A stretch of DNA of 64,000 nucleotides, from assembly GCA_965287045.1 (NCBI GenBank), contig OZ336872.1, positions 15,066,001-15,130,000 on the forward strand. The letters run 5' to 3'. The notes below the pieces were generated by a model. It made no database searches. It was not told the DNA's origin and saw only the letters and a program-made list of their open reading frames with translations. This document shows, one piece after another, positions 63,233 through 64,000 of this stretch. The DNA is from Carcharhinus amblyrhynchos. Its lineage: Eukaryota. Position 1 is the stretch's first letter, and each line of letters starts with the position of its first letter. The position numbers were made by a program, and so were the translations under genes.

Positions 63233-64000
63233 ACTGTAACGGGGAGCAGGCTGACAGTCAAATATTATTACAGACTTTCAATACTCCTGTCATAATCCAG
63301 GTCAGAAACTTCAAAGTATTTTATGAAATGTAAAATACTGGATAATTATGAAATACTGGATCATTAGTTTTGCACTTTGAATTTGACTAGGGTAAGCATG
63401 AGATGCTTCACTTCAGGTATGATTCAAATGACCCACTAGGCAGATTTTATCAAAGTTTATTTGGAAGTACAGCTGACATATAACAATAGCTAATGCAAAT
63501 TACAAACAAGAGAAAAAAATGACACTGTATAAACACTAATGGATAATTCTGTTCCAATCAAACAAATCCAATAAACAAATATCTACCACAGGTTTAGCAC
63601 TGAAAAAAGAATGCTCACATGATGCTGGAACTTGGTCCCTTGGCTGGGTTCTGCAGCTTTCTTGACACACACAGACAAACTTGAAGTCAGAACTCCTCTC
63701 CAAAACATCAGGGAGAAAGAGACAGAACACTGCATCCAGCCTGAAGTAAAATACCTTCTAACTAAAATAGCAGCCAGCAGCCCAAAACTGAAAGTAAGAA
63801 CTCTTGTCATCCAGCCTGTCAATCGTTCTTCCCCAAACATATGAAAATGTCATAAACTCCCAGAGTAAAAGTAAACAAAACTCCATTTAAAACGTTTAAG
63901 CAGCAATAAAAGCAGGCAGCCAGTACTACAACGAAGGCTGACTGACAAACTGCAGACACCATGATTTAAAAAAAAACTTCTTAAATGTACAGTGGCATCA

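Overview
Eukaryotic (cartilaginous fish, most likely shark) genomic DNA lying entirely inside one minus-strand gene, SETD5 (SET-domain protein of the Set3/KMT2E-MLL5 family). I reconstructed 19 coding exons between 62411 and 563 with phase-compatible splice junctions (3720 nt, about 1240 codons). The first coding exon (beyond 64000) and the last exons (before position 1) are outside the window. Several real exons are absent from the ORF track, including a 39-nt exon (AFREGSRRSMRMK) and a 57-nt exon (NISSPESSPVHRPEPFSPE). One intron has a non-canonical GC donor. Introns carry typical elasmobranch repeats: about 15 HE1/V-SINE-type copies with two different 3' tails, DeuSINE-like relics, a third tRNA-SINE family, CR1, L2, RTE and Rex1/Babar LINE fragments, Penelope-type fold-backs with decayed hammerhead cores, and GC-rich MITEs. 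The most interesting signal is splicing regulation: repeat-poor intron stretches with candidate microexons and stop-containing (poison) exons, an alternative acceptor that would toggle an HCF-1-binding DHNY motif, and a half PHD finger next to a possible fossil of the lost PHD exon. Homology statements rest on remembered human SETD5/KMT2E proteins and repeat consensi; no searches were run. Repeat boundaries are approximate. There are no prokaryotic features.
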